DNA from: Macrostomum lignano
Taxonomy: Eukaryota
NCBI GenBank assembly: GCA_002269645.1
Contig: NIVC01000758.1
Location: 310,001 to 374,000 of the forward strand
DNA: 64,000 nucleotides
Direction of reading: 5' to 3'
Numbering within the stretch: position 1 is the stretch's first letter; every line of letters starts with the position of its first letter. Positions 40,654-51,955 of the stretch are shown piece by piece. The translations under genes were made by a program, and so were the position numbers. Under the pieces are notes generated by a model that saw only the letters and a program-made list of their open reading frames with translations, ran no database searches and was not told the origin of the DNA.

Positions 40654-41706
40654 TGTGGAGTTTCAAAGTCTTTGCCTGTAATTACGACTTACGAGTAACT
40701 AGTTAACTAATGACAGTTAATTAGTTATAGCTATTCATATAAACTTGATGATTGAAAATTGGTTTGTTTTCCGATAATATCCCTATATATTAACGAGTTA
40801 AACCTAAAACGTTTACAGTATCAACAGAGAATTTAACAATTTAAACAAATATAGCTGTTTTATTTAGTAACAATAGGATAACAGTGATAATAAGAAAATT
40901 CTAAGTCCATCTAAAAATTAATAAATTCCAGAAACGTTGTATATTTTTGTGAGGTTGCCTATCTAGCTGTGAAATATGTATTTGCGAACTACAGAATTTT
41001 GAGTGCTTTCAACTTGAATGGGTTTTAGAGTCAGGCTAATTAATTTGTAACGTTTGATCTCAAATAAAAAAATTGGTGAACTTGGTGCGTTTTTCTGTTG
41101 GAAAATAGGGCTAAAATTCGAATCTTCGAGAACCCATCTACGAGCTACTTGACTACATGTATAATTTCTATAGAATAGTAGCAGCTGAGCTGATAACTAT
41201 TCCGAAAACTGTTACAAAAGAAAAAACTATACTGATAGGTAACATGTACTGCATGCATGTTACGCCGACTAGCTGTTTACAGTGTTAGGCTAACGCGTAT
41301 GCTCACGGATGAGGGCACAATCAAAAACAGAGAACTTTAGCCCGCTAGAAATCAAAACCAAAATGTTTTTATTCCAGGTCCAGAAAGTCAACGAACGTCA
41401 TAAAAGCTCGGGTAAATAGAATTACGACCAAATTTGTGTTTATACTCCACTTTCCAAGCGACCCGATTTCTGGTTAAAGCTTTATTGGATTTGAGAACTG
41501 GGCTAAAAATCAGGGCCAGACACTAAGAAGAGGCAAGCCGTCGTAAACGGAGATCACAGTAGGGGGCAACTGCTTCTGACATGGCTATCTTTAAATTTTC
41601 CATTTAAAGACGGGCCGCAGCAGGCAAATGTGAATTGCCCTCCACGGTGGGCGGGCGGCTGCCGGTCGCCGCAGAGCCCCAATTTCCGGTCCAAACCTCG
41701 CCCAGT

Positions 41707-41975
41707 TCAAATATCGCCGGGGCAGCGGGTAGTTAGGATAAACATTCTCCCGTTCCACTCTCCCTGCCCCGCGGCTGTCTGCAGTGACTTGCCCGCATCC
41801 TGCGGCACCGCTGTGGGCTCCACGCAGTATGAATTGTGTGGATCGCCAAAGTGCACCTGGGCGGGCCGAACGGCCTGTTGCTCAATATTCTCCCAGGCTC
41901 GAGGGGGGTACACTTTGCCAGCGTAATCCTCAGTCGACTCGGTGGGCTCAGCTGGAGGATAGGCAGGCTTTCGCG
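41707..41975 (-). other. Unassigned coding-like segment (possible terminal exon)
   Basis: Open frame YARKPAYPPAEPTESTEDYAGKVYPPRAWENIEQQAVRPAQVHFGDPHNSYCVEP...; no clear acceptor or partner exons found. Confidence 0.3.
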
Positions 41976-42229
41976 CGTAATGAATATTTTATGCAGCAGT
42001 TCTCCACTGCAGGCTTTGCAGGTGAGCTGGCGATGCTAGAATTTAAATTGAATGTGCAAATTAATTGAATATAGCCTTGCAGTTGTTTGAGTCCTTCAGT
42101 TCATTGAAGAGAAATTCTACCACATTTGACTTCTTGTGAATCTCGCGACCGAACTTTTCTGTGAATCAGTGTTAGATTTGGTGTCTAAACTGGCGAAATC
42201 TTAGAGAATAAAAGTGAAAGAGAGAAGGG

Positions 42230-43045
42230 AAAGAGGTAGAGAGGATGGTTGGAGAAAGATGGAGAAGGAGAGAGAGAGGGAGAGGGAGACAGGGAGAAGG
42301 TGAGAGGAAGAGAGGGAGAGAGGTAGAGATGGAGAACAGGAGACAGGAAGAGAGGGCGAGAGGGAAAGGTAAACGGGGAGGGACAGGGAGAGCAGGAGAC
42401 AGGGAGAGAGGGAGAGAGGGAGAGGGAGAGAGGAAGAGGGGAAGAGGGAGAGGGAGAGAGAGGGAGAGGGGGAGAGGGAGAGCAAGAGCAGACAGGGAGA
42501 GAGGGAGAGCAGGAGACAGGGAGAGAGGGAGAGGGAGAGAGGGAGAGGGAGAGCAGGAGACAGGGAGAGAGGGAGAGGGAGAGAGGGAGAGCAGGAGACA
42601 GGGAGAGAGGGAGAGGGAGAGAGGGAGAGGGAGAGAGGGAGAGGGAGAGGGAGAGGGAGACAGGGAGAGAGGGAGACAGGGAAAGAGGGAGACAGGGAAA
42701 GAGGGAGAGAGGGAGAGGGAGAGAGGGAGAGAGGGAGAGGAGAGAGGGAGAGCAGGAGACAGGGAGAGAGGGAGAGAGGGAGAGGGAGAGCAGGAGACAG
42801 GGAGAGAGGGAGAGGGAGAGAGGGAGAGGGAGACAGGGAGAGAGGGAGACAGGGAAAGAGGGAGACAGGGAAAGAGGGAGAGAGGGAGAGGGAGAGAGGG
42901 AGAGAGGGAGAGGGAGAGAGGGAGAGGGAGAGAGGGAGAGGGAGAGAGGGAGAGCAGGAGAGAGGGAGAGAGGGAGAGGGAGGGGAGAGAGGGAGAGGGA
43001 GAGGGAAAGAGGGAAAGGTAAAAGAGAGGAACAGGGAGAGGGAGA
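42230..43045. repeat. GA-rich low-complexity tract (GGGAGA-based)
   Basis: Near-pure purine strand. Confidence 0.95.
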
Positions 43046-43531
43046 GCAACATTTTTGTCCCTGGGCAGCCGTAGAAGCGGACTCAAGGTCAAGCATTTCT
43101 TTTTAGACGCAGCCGGCAGGCTTCAGTTTTCCCATGGGCAGCAGGTCGGCAGTCATGCGGCTTCATTCGGGGGATTTTTGGCAAAAAAGGCTCAGTAGAG
43201 CTTTGCGCCTCAGGGCCGCGAGGCCATACCAGCTACACCGGTGCATGGAAGAGCGGCTCCCAGCTGCTCTGTTAAAATCGATGAGGCAAGTGGAGAAGGC
43301 AAGCACGTTATTACCGAAGATGAGCACCTGGATGGCCCGAAGCAAACAGACACCGCTACAAGACTGACGTGAAGCGGTTTAAATGTTATTTGAGTATAGA
43401 GCACTATGCAGGAAAACCTTCTGAGCCTTCAAAAACTTTCTGACGATCAATGTAACCTTAATTGTAAACCTTGCTTGTCCAGACCGCTTTCTTGTCTGTC
43501 GGCGGGCTCACAGTTATTAAGTCAATGATCT

Positions 43532-46062
43532 ACTCAGCTACTAATCCCCACAACTACTAATCCACTCAGCTACTAATCCCCACAACTACTAATCCACTCA
43601 GCTACTAATCCCCACAACTACTAATCCCCACAACTACTAATCCCCACAACTACTAATCCCCACAACTACTAATCCACTTAGCTACTAATCCCCACAACTA
43701 CTAATCCACTCAGCTACTAATCCACTCAGCTACTAATCCACTCAGCTACTAATCCCCTCAACTACTAATCCACTCAGCTACTAATCCCCTCAACTACTAA
43801 TCCACTCAGCTACTAATCCATTCAGCTACTAATCCACTCTGCTACTAATCCATTCAGCTACTAATACACTCAGCTACTAATCCATTCAGCTACTAATCCA
43901 CTCAGCTACAAATCCACTAAGCTACTAATCCACTCAGCTACTAATCCACTCTGCTACTAATCCATTCAGCTACTAATCCGCTCAGCTACTAATCCACTCA
44001 ACTATTAATCCACTCAGCTACTAATCCACTCAGCTACTAATCCACTCAGCTACTAATCCCCTCAGCTACTAATCCACTCAGCTACTAATCCACTCAGCTA
44101 CTAATCCACTCAGCTACAAATCCACTAAGCTACTAATCCACTCAGCTACTAATCCACTCTGCTACTAATCCACTCTGCTACTAATCCACTCAGCTACTAA
44201 TCCACTCAGCTACTAATCCACTCTGCTACTAATCCATTCAGCTACTAATCCACTCAGCTACTAATCCACTCAACTATTAATCCACTCAGCTACTAATCCA
44301 CTTAGCTACTTATCCACTCAGCTACTAATCCACTTAGCTACTTATCCACTCAGCTACTAATCCACTCAGCTACTAATCCCCTCAACTACTAATCCACTCA
44401 GCTACTAATCCCCTCAACTACTAATCCACTCAGCTACTTATCCATTCAGCTACTAATCCACTCAGCTACTAATCCATTCAGCTACTAATCCACTCAGCTA
44501 CTAATCCACTCAGCTACTAATCCACTCAGCTACAAATCCACTAAGCTACTAATCCACTCTGCTACTAATCCATTCAGCTACTAATACACTCAGCTACTAA
44601 TCCATTCAGCTACTAATCCACTCAGCTACAAATCCACTAAGCTACTAATCCACTCAGCTACTAATCCACTCAGCTACTAATCCACTCAGCTACTAATCCA
44701 CTCAGCTACTAATCCACTCAGCTACTAATCCACTCAGCTACAAATCCACTAAGCTACTAATCCACTCAGCTACTAATCCACTCTGCTACTAATCCACTCT
44801 GCTACTAATCCACTCAGCTACTAATCCACTCTGCTACTAATCCACTCTGCTACTAATCCATTCAGCTACTAATCCGCTCAGCTACTAATCCACTCAACTA
44901 TTAATCCACTCAGCTACTAATCCACTCAGCTACTAATCCACTCAGCTACTAATCCACTCAGCTACTAATCCACTCAGCTACTAATCCACTCAGCTACTAA
45001 TCCACTCAGCTACTAATCCACTCGGCTACTAATCCATTCAGCTACTTATCCACTCAGCTACTAATCCACTCAACTATTAATCCACTCAGCTACTAATCCA
45101 CTCAGCTACTAATCCACTCAGCTACTAATCCCCTCTGCTACTAATCCACTCAGCTACTAATCCACTCTGCTACTAATCCATTCAGCTACTAATCCACTCA
45201 GCTACTAATCCACTCAACTATTAATCCACTCAGCTACTAATCCACTCAGCTACTAATCCACTCAGCTACTAATCCACTCAGCTACTAATCCACTCAGCTA
45301 CTAATCCACTCAGCTACTAATCCACTCAGCTACAAATCCACTAAGCTACTAATCCACTCAGCTACTAATCCACTCTGCTACTAATCCACTCTGCTACTAA
45401 TCCACTCAGCTACTAATCCACTCAGCTACTAATCCACTCTGCTTCTAATCCATTCAGCTACTAATCCACTCAGCTACTAATCCACTCAACTATTAATCCA
45501 CTCAGCTACTAATCCACTTAGCTACTTATCCACTCAGCTACTAATCCACTCTGCTACTAATCCACTCTGCTACTAATCCACTCAGCTACCGATTCACTCA
45601 GCTACCGATTCACTCAGCTACCGATTCACCCAGCTACCGATTCACTCAGCTACCGATTCACTCAGCTACCGATTCACTCAGCTACCGATTCACTCAGCTA
45701 CCGATTCACTCAGCTACCGATTCACTCAGCTACCGATTCACTCAGCTACCGATTCACTCAGCTACCGATTCACTCAGCTACCGATTCACTCAGCTACCGA
45801 TTCACTCAGCTACCGAGTCACTCAGCTATCGATTCACTCAGCTACCGATTCACTCAGCTACCGATTCACTCAGCTACCGATTCACTCAGCTACCGAGTCA
45901 CTCAGCTATCGATTCACTCAGCTACCGATTCACTCAGCTACCGATTCACTCAGCTACCGATTCACTCAGCTACCGATTCACTCAGCTACCGATTCACTCA
46001 GCTACCGATTCACTCAGCTACCGATTCACTCAGCTACCGATTCACTCAGCTACCGATTCACT
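43532..46062. repeat. 16-bp satellite, 2.5 kb: CTACTAATCCACTCAG domain, then CTACCGATTCACTCAG domain from about 45587
   Basis: About 158 tandem units with an abrupt variant switch. Confidence 0.97.
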
Positions 46063-46902
46063 AAACGAGAGATTTGTAGACCTCAAGACAAACGGTTGCG
46101 GTCTTCAACTAATTGGCAATATTTATTCGCGGTCAGCACATTCTGCTATAATTTCGTGATACGAATAGTAATGTTTTGGGTGTTGGGATGCTGCAGGAAG
46201 TGAAGCAATGCTGGATCGCTGGTTTTTGCTTGCATTTTAATAAAATTAAGGGAAAATTTAAAAAGAAAACTTTTCAGCAAAATAAAAAAGAAGCTTGGGA
46301 ACTTCCTGGGCCCCAACTGTTTGATGTCGGGATTCCAGCATCTACAGAAATTGGAACTCGCTCGTGAGTGCGGAGTTGACAGAACAAATCAGAGTCTCAG
46401 AGCTTTCAGTGCTCCGCTTGCAGCTTCCTTCATCGGATTAATTCCCGTCCTGGCTTTCAGCGGCTCTCAGATTTCGCAGCTGAGGGCCACCCAGGAATAA
46501 AATACGAGCGAAGTTGGGGAGAGCTGCTAGTGCAAGGCGCACTCGAGGTCGGAGAGCCCGCAGGTGCAGTCTGCTTCGTCAGCTGATACTTTGAAAAAGT
46601 AGCAGGGCGGGCGAAGCTGTGCAAAGAAGACGCGCTTTAGTTTTGCAGAAGGGAAAAAACAAGCAGAAGCTGCGGCTCTGATGGGGCAAATCTTGCGATA
46701 ATTCAATGATAGGAAAAAAACTGGAAATAAACAACGTGACTCGGACAATAAAATGGCTGGGTGACGGAACTATCGAAAATTATCGCGGCATCAGTTTAGT
46801 ACAATACAATGTTAGTCAATAGAATGATCACGTGACCAAGCGAAGAAAAAATAGAATCAAATCTCACATGACCTCGTGTTAATTACTCGGCTTAACAGCG
46901 AG

Positions 46903-47815
46903 TCACGTGATTGAACCGCCTTCCCAGACAGAGGCAATAAGTCACGTGATTAAACCGCCTACCAAAGACAGACGGCAATAAGTCACGTGATTAAACCGCC
47001 TACCCAAGACAGACGGCAATAAGTCACGTGATTAAACCGCCTACCCAAGACAGACGGCAATAAGTCACGGGATTGAACCGCCTTCCCAGACAGAGGCAAT
47101 AAGTCACGTGATTGAACCGCCTTCCCAGACAGAGGCAATAAGTCACGTGATTAAACCGCCTACCAAAGACAGACGGCAATAAGTCACGTGATTAAACCGC
47201 CTACCCAAGACAGACGGCAATAAGTCACGTGATTAAACCGCCTACCCAAGACAGACGGCAATAAGTCACGGGATTGAACCGCCTTCCCAGACAGAGGCAA
47301 TAAGTCACGTGATTAAACCGCCTACCAAAGACAGACGGCAATAAGTCACGTGATTAAACCGCCTACCCAAGACAGACGGCAATAAGTCACGTGATTAAAC
47401 CGCCTACCAAAGACAGACGGCAATAAGTCACGTGATTAAACCGCCTACCCAAGACAGACGGCAATAAGTCACGGGATTGAACCGCCTTCCCAGACGGACG
47501 GCAATAAGTCACGTGATTAAACCGCCTCCCCAGGCAGACGGCAATAAATCACGTGATTGAACCGCCTCCCCAGACAGACGGCAATAAGTCACGCGATTAA
47601 ACCACCTTCACCAATCGTACGGCAGAAGGTCACGTAATCGAAACACTTCGCCCAGTCAGGCGGCAATAAGTCACGTGATTGAAACACCTCCCCAGACAGA
47701 CGGCAATAAGTCATGTGATTGAATCGCCTTCCCAAGACAGACGGCAATAAGTCACGTAATCGAAACACTTCCCCAGTCAGGCGGCAATAAGTCACGTGAT
47801 TGTACCGCATCTCCC
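46903..47815. repeat. 35-37-bp minisatellite carrying GTCACGTGAT (E-box) in most units
   Basis: About 25 copies of GACAGACGGCAATAAGTCACGTGATTAAACCGCCTACCCAA and variants. Confidence 0.93.
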
Positions 47816-47817
47816 AA

Positions 47818-49032
47818 TCAGACGGCGGCATCAGCCAGCTGCCGCCTGGCCCGCTGCCTGCAAGCTGCCTGCCGCACCGCTGGCCTCGGCTGACGTTGGC
47901 GGGCCCGGCAGCAGCAGCAGCAGCGGTTGGAGCAGGCGTACTTGAACTCGGGCACAAAGGCGATCAGCACCAGGACGGTGCAGATGAAGTCCAGCAGCAG
48001 GCTGACCTCGCAGACGCCCTGGAACGCTTTGCCATAGGTGCTGGTAATGTCGAAGTCTGGAGAGAAGTTCTGCAGCGCGGTGCCCACGAAGGCGGGCAGG
48101 TGCAGCACGGAGAACACCAGCGCCATGCACAGGACGGTGCGGCTGGCGTACAGCTTGTTGCTCCGCATCCGGCTGGTCTGCACCAGCTGAAGCCGCGCCT
48201 GCGGCTGCTGTCTCTCTGACTGCCGCTGCTCCTGCCGACTGTCGTTGCTGCTCTTGAACATCTTGACGACCATGACAACCGTGAAGAATATCACCAGAGC
48301 AATGGGCCCATTTGTCTGGTACAGGAAGTAGGCACCAACCTCGAACTTGTCGAACCAGCTACCGTTGAGGAAGTTGTAGGTGTCCTCCAGGTCGGAGTCC
48401 TGGGCCTTGGCCGGCATGCCGACGTGCCCGACTGTCTGATCGGCTTGGGCGTCCTCGCAGACGACGAAGACCTCGGCGAGGGACCGGGTGACGGCCAGCA
48501 GCAGGGCGGCCAGCCAGGCCACGCCGAGGCCCAGCAGGAAGTTCCTCGGCCGCAGCAGCTTCCGGCCGCGCAGAGGGCAGGCCAGGGCCTCGGCCCGCTG
48601 CGCAGTGATCAGCACGTAGCACCAGTTGCGCAGGCTCAGGAAGCTGTCGCCCAGGCAGCAGACGATGCCGGCCAGCAGCACCCTGGCGTGCTTGTCCGGT
48701 TGCGACCAGTACAGGCAGGCCCCGCTGGCCAGGTTGGCGAAGTCCAGGGTGGCGCACAGCAGGTAGAGGCACTGGCAGGCGCTCAGCGCAGCCAGGGAGA
48801 ACCGGAAGGCGTTGCGCCGGTGCCGGGGCGACCTGAGCACCTGCAGGGCGGTGAGGCTGAGCAGCAGGGCCAGCAGGGAGGCGGGCAGCAGGGCGTAGGA
48901 CATGGTGACATCGGCAGAGTCGCAGGACCGGCTGACCAGCTGGTCCCTGCTGAAGTTCAGCATGGGCCGCAGCGGGCCGCATTCAGTGGCGTTCAGGCCG
49001 AACCTGCGCTTGATGAAGGCGCCTTCGAACAT
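47818..49032 (-). CDS. Intronless rhodopsin-class 7TM GPCR, peptide-receptor-like, 404 aa
   Basis: Seven hydrophobic segments; LRNWCYVLITAQRAEALACPL (TM3 and DRY position), FSVLHLP (TM6 FxxxxxP), C-terminal Cys run. Confidence 0.85.
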   Translation of the reverse strand: MFEGAFIKRRFGLNATECGPLRPMLNFSRDQLVSRSCDSADVTMSYALLPASLLALLLSLTALQVLRSPRHRRNAFRFSLAALSACQCLYLLCATLDFANLASGACLYWSQPDKHARVLLAGIVCCLGDSFLSLRNWCYVLITAQRAEALACPLRGRKLLRPRNFLLGLGVAWLAALLLAVTRSLAEVFVVCEDAQADQTVGHVGMPAKAQDSDLEDTYNFLNGSWFDKFEVGAYFLYQTNGPIALVIFFTVVMVVKMFKSSNDSRQEQRQSERQQPQARLQLVQTSRMRSNKLYASRTVLCMALVFSVLHLPAFVGTALQNFSPDFDITSTYGKAFQGVCEVSLLLDFICTVLVLIAFVPEFKYACSNRCCCCCRARQRQPRPAVRQAACRQRARRQLADAAV

Positions 49033-50336
49033 GGCGGCAGGCGGGCAGCAGGTCTCGGCTGTCTCCCTGTGGCTGCCTCAAAGAAAATTTAACTAACATG
49101 ATAAAACTCCCTGATTGGTCCGAGGGGGCCAGCCAGTGACAAGGAGGCCCAGAGCCAGAAGCTGGAGACACTTCCCTGCTTGCAAACTGAAGTGCTCCCA
49201 GGCCGAGGTCCACGGAGACGCCCTGGTCATTCAGCGTGGCGAGAGCCCCAGCCAACGACACGCCAACCAGGTCAAGAAGCTGCCGGAGCTGCAGCATGCA
49301 ATGGTGGGCTCAACACGCCTGTGTAGCATGAGACAGACCAGGCTTACGGTAGACGAGCTCTCTCCAAGCTGACTCACAAGCCGACCCAGGGGTTCACCGT
49401 CCCGCGTGTGTTCAAGGCAGCTCCAGGGCTGCTGGACTGACTGGGCTCCGGCGGTGGCAACCCATCCGTGGCCTTGGCTTCTGTCTTGGTTCTGCTTTGC
49501 GTACGGGTTCCACTCGTAGATGCACTACGGGTAGTGCACCTGTAGTGCATCAGGTACCTATGGCCACGGCTCTGAGAACAGGTATCACCCTCTGACCTTA
49601 ACAGGGTATTCGGCCAGTCCGCAGGCTCCGGAAACAGCCCTACTGTCCCCTTTCAAGGGCCCAGTGTGGCACCGCACTGATGGTCCTTTGGTTCGTCCGG
49701 GCTCTTAGCCGGGGAGTTTCCCGGTTGCCAGCGGTCGGGCGGTCGGGCTTTCAGCGACTTATGGAGTCAGCACCAGCTGCCCGTGGTGGCCAGGGATTGG
49801 CAGAATGGGCGGCAACGCCTCCTCGCTGCATCCGGATGCCCGGAACCCCTGCAGCTGAGTCAAGTAAGTGCCGGGCCGAGTCAACCGCTGAGACAGGCGG
49901 CGAAGAGGCGGCTGGCGAGCCCGCAGACGGAGCACTGCACGGAGCCGGGCTCCAGAAGGCATCGAGTCTGAAGGCTCGTTCACACTGCCATCAAATAAGA
50001 CCAAATTCTGTGTGATCACGCAATTTGTACATCAAATTGGATTTCTTTAAACATTGGTCGTGTGCTTTGGCGGCTCGATTGATGACAGTGTGAATGAGCC
50101 TTAAATGTTTTGCTTTTATGTAATGCTCAAACGATATATGAGTACATGGGCACCTTGCGTACAGCACGTTCATTCATGCACCTTAAATGTGGCCATCCTC
50201 TCCCTTCTCTAGTGGCAAGATTACTGTTCATCTTTTGAAAATAAATAAATATCGATCAGCTCATCAGCTTAGCAGCGCTCAACTTTCGTCCCAACAAAGG
50301 AAATGATGAGTGATGCTGAGAAATGCTGAGAAAGTC

Positions 50337-50842
50337 TGGGATTCCACAGAGGGGATTCCACTGAGGGGATTCCATTGAGGGGATTCACTGAGAGATTCCA
50401 CTGAGGGGATTCCACTGAGGGGATTCCATTGAGGGGATTCCACTGAGGGGATTCCATTGAGGGGATTCACTGAGGGGATTCCACTGAGGGGATTCCACTG
50501 AGAGATTCCACTGAGGGGATTCCACTGAGGGGATTCCATTGAGGGGATTCCACTGAGGGGATTCCATTGAGGGGATTCCACTGAGAGATTCCACTGAGGG
50601 GATTCCATTGAGGGGATTCCACTGAGAGATTCCACTGAGGGGATTCCACTGAGAGATTCCACTGAGGGGATTCCACTGAGGGGATTCCACTGAGGGGATT
50701 CCATTGAGGGATTCCATTGAGGGATTCCATTGAGGGGATTCCACTGAGGGGATTCCATTGAGGGATTCCATTGAGGGGATTCCACTGAGGGATTCCATTG
50801 AGGGGATTTCATTGAGGGATTCCACTGAGGGATTCCACTGAG
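50337..50842. repeat. 13/14-bp minisatellite (CTGAGGGGATTCCA)
   Basis: About 36 tandem copies. Confidence 0.95.
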
Positions 50843-51955
50843 CTTAAAACTGAGACAAAGTTTTTGCAAGAATGTAACATGTGGTCGCCTTGCCTTTGTG
50901 TGTAAACTGAAAACCTGCAGTCTGGGGAGTTGCGACCTCAGGCTCCGACTCTGGGTGTTTGCTAGTGTCTGGGGAGGCCGGTGACCCCCTCCCCACAGCC
51001 CCCCTCGTTTCCCCGATCGGGAGATGCTTCTGCGCAGAATCTGCGGCAGAATCGGCTGCTGCAATGCTTCATCACCAATGCCCGGGCCTTTGCGCTTCCC
51101 TTGCGCCGCCGGCTTTCATTAATGACTCTTTCACGCGTCTGGAAATTGCAAACACAGATGAAGGAGTAATTATCCAGGTATCATGCTAGACCCCACCCGT
51201 GTTCCAGCAAAATTGCAACGCGCTTCCGGGGCCAGGCTCTGGCCTCCATCGGCCTGCTCTTTCAATCCAGGCTTTCTTGCGCCTGCCTGCCGGGGCAATC
51301 CGGTTGATCAGCGACCGGGACAGAGTTTTAAATATCTCCAAGCTGCCGTCCCATGAGGGTCTCGAGCAATTTTCTACAGTGCCTCAAGATCCCCTGCGGT
51401 AGTGCGACATTCCCTCCCCCCCCGAACTTTATCCCAGCCTCCCGCTAGCTTCATCATCGAGATTTCCCTAGAGCCGTCGCCCCGCCGGTGCAAACAAAGT
51501 CCCAGCTCGATGGGATTTAACTGCACCATTCGATTTTGCTGCTCAATTTGAGCGCACAGCTCAATAGGTTTGAAATTCTCAGGCCCCACCCCGGCGAGCG
51601 CAATGAAGGCAGTGCAGGAGGGGTCCCAAGCTGAGCGAGCTGTGCACTCGCCGGGCAGCCTGAGCACTCACTCAGATACAATTGCTTTTGTTATACAGAA
51701 GAATCTGAGCCCGCAAAATGAGCAAAGAGGCGAGCTGTAAGACGAGACTGGCGGGGTCTGGGGGGGGGCAGGGTGAGTCGCCATGCCGACAGAGCGCCCC
51801 ATTATCTCAACCGCAGCCGTCGCTTACTTCATACTCAGTTAGATGCTCAAGTGCGCTAAGCAAGCAAAACAGGCTGCTTTTCCTGAGCAGTTCTCAAGCC
51901 GAAAACTAATAAGCAACTCTGACTTGCCCGAGTCTGCGGGTCCCAGCCAGCTGCC

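Noticed and set aside
42172-43096. About 300-aa Pro/Ser/Leu and Arg/Glu/Gly ORFs
   Set aside because: GA low-complexity tract.
49690-49830. HDV-like ribozyme (hairpin followed by CTAA on the minus strand; GCCTCCTCGCT on plus)
   Set aside because: Could not build consistent P1, P2 and P3 pairings by eye.
50950-51700. Minus-strand gene divergent from NWD
   Set aside because: Short open frames with no recognisable motif and no consistent splice chain; left unannotated.
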